Shown here one piece after another: positions 63,821-64,000 of a stretch of DNA of 64,000 nucleotides. The DNA lies in NCBI GenBank assembly GCA_030704615.1, contig CM060734.1, forward strand, positions 33,542,001 through 33,606,000. The letters run 5' to 3'. The notes beneath the pieces are model-generated. The model saw only the letters and a list, made by a program, of their open reading frames with translations, had not been told where the DNA came from and ran no database searches. Origin of the DNA: Takakia lepidozioides. Taxonomy: Eukaryota; Plantae; Bryophyta. The position numbers were made by a program, and so were the translations under genes. Numbering within the stretch: position 1 is the first letter of the stretch; each line of letters opens with the position of its first letter.

Positions 63821-64000
63821 GGTGGACCAAAATTAGCGTCACCAACACAGTTTTCAGTGACTGTCGTGCATGATATCATGAATTGCTTTTAGTAGAATCA
63901 ATAATGTTGAGAATCATTTTCCATGGTGGATTCGTAACTTCAATATCTATCTATATCAACCGTCAAATTGTTAATAAAATAAAATGTCCAAGAAGTATGG

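Overview
Eukaryotic genomic DNA with spliceosomal introns from a green plant, probably a non-seed land plant (inferred from the gene and TE types). Host genes are eIF5A (partial, -), an SPC24-like kinetochore gene (-), a long multi-exon gene with a CKAP2-C-like helical motif (+), two paralogous F-box-associated beta-propeller-like ORFs (-) and a tonoplast sugar transporter (TST/TMT, +). Positions ~6-38 kb form a nested transposon island. Its standout is a decayed Ty3/gypsy retrotransposon (-, ~10.6-21.5 kb) whose gag-pol carries a Dnmt3-like C5 cytosine methyltransferase domain between protease and reverse transcriptase (Gag-PR-DNMT-RT-RH-INT). The island also holds a head-to-tail Helitron dimer, a chromovirus with a solo LTR of its own family inside gag and an in-place inversion of its integrase C-terminus/chromodomain, head-to-head LTR-like arms with different internal tandem arrays, and LINE and SWIM remnants. 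LINE and copia remnants also occur later in the window. The SPC24-like gene appears to have both a U12-type GT-AG intron and an AT-AC intron with a U2-like donor. All alignments and translations were done by eye; no database searches were run.
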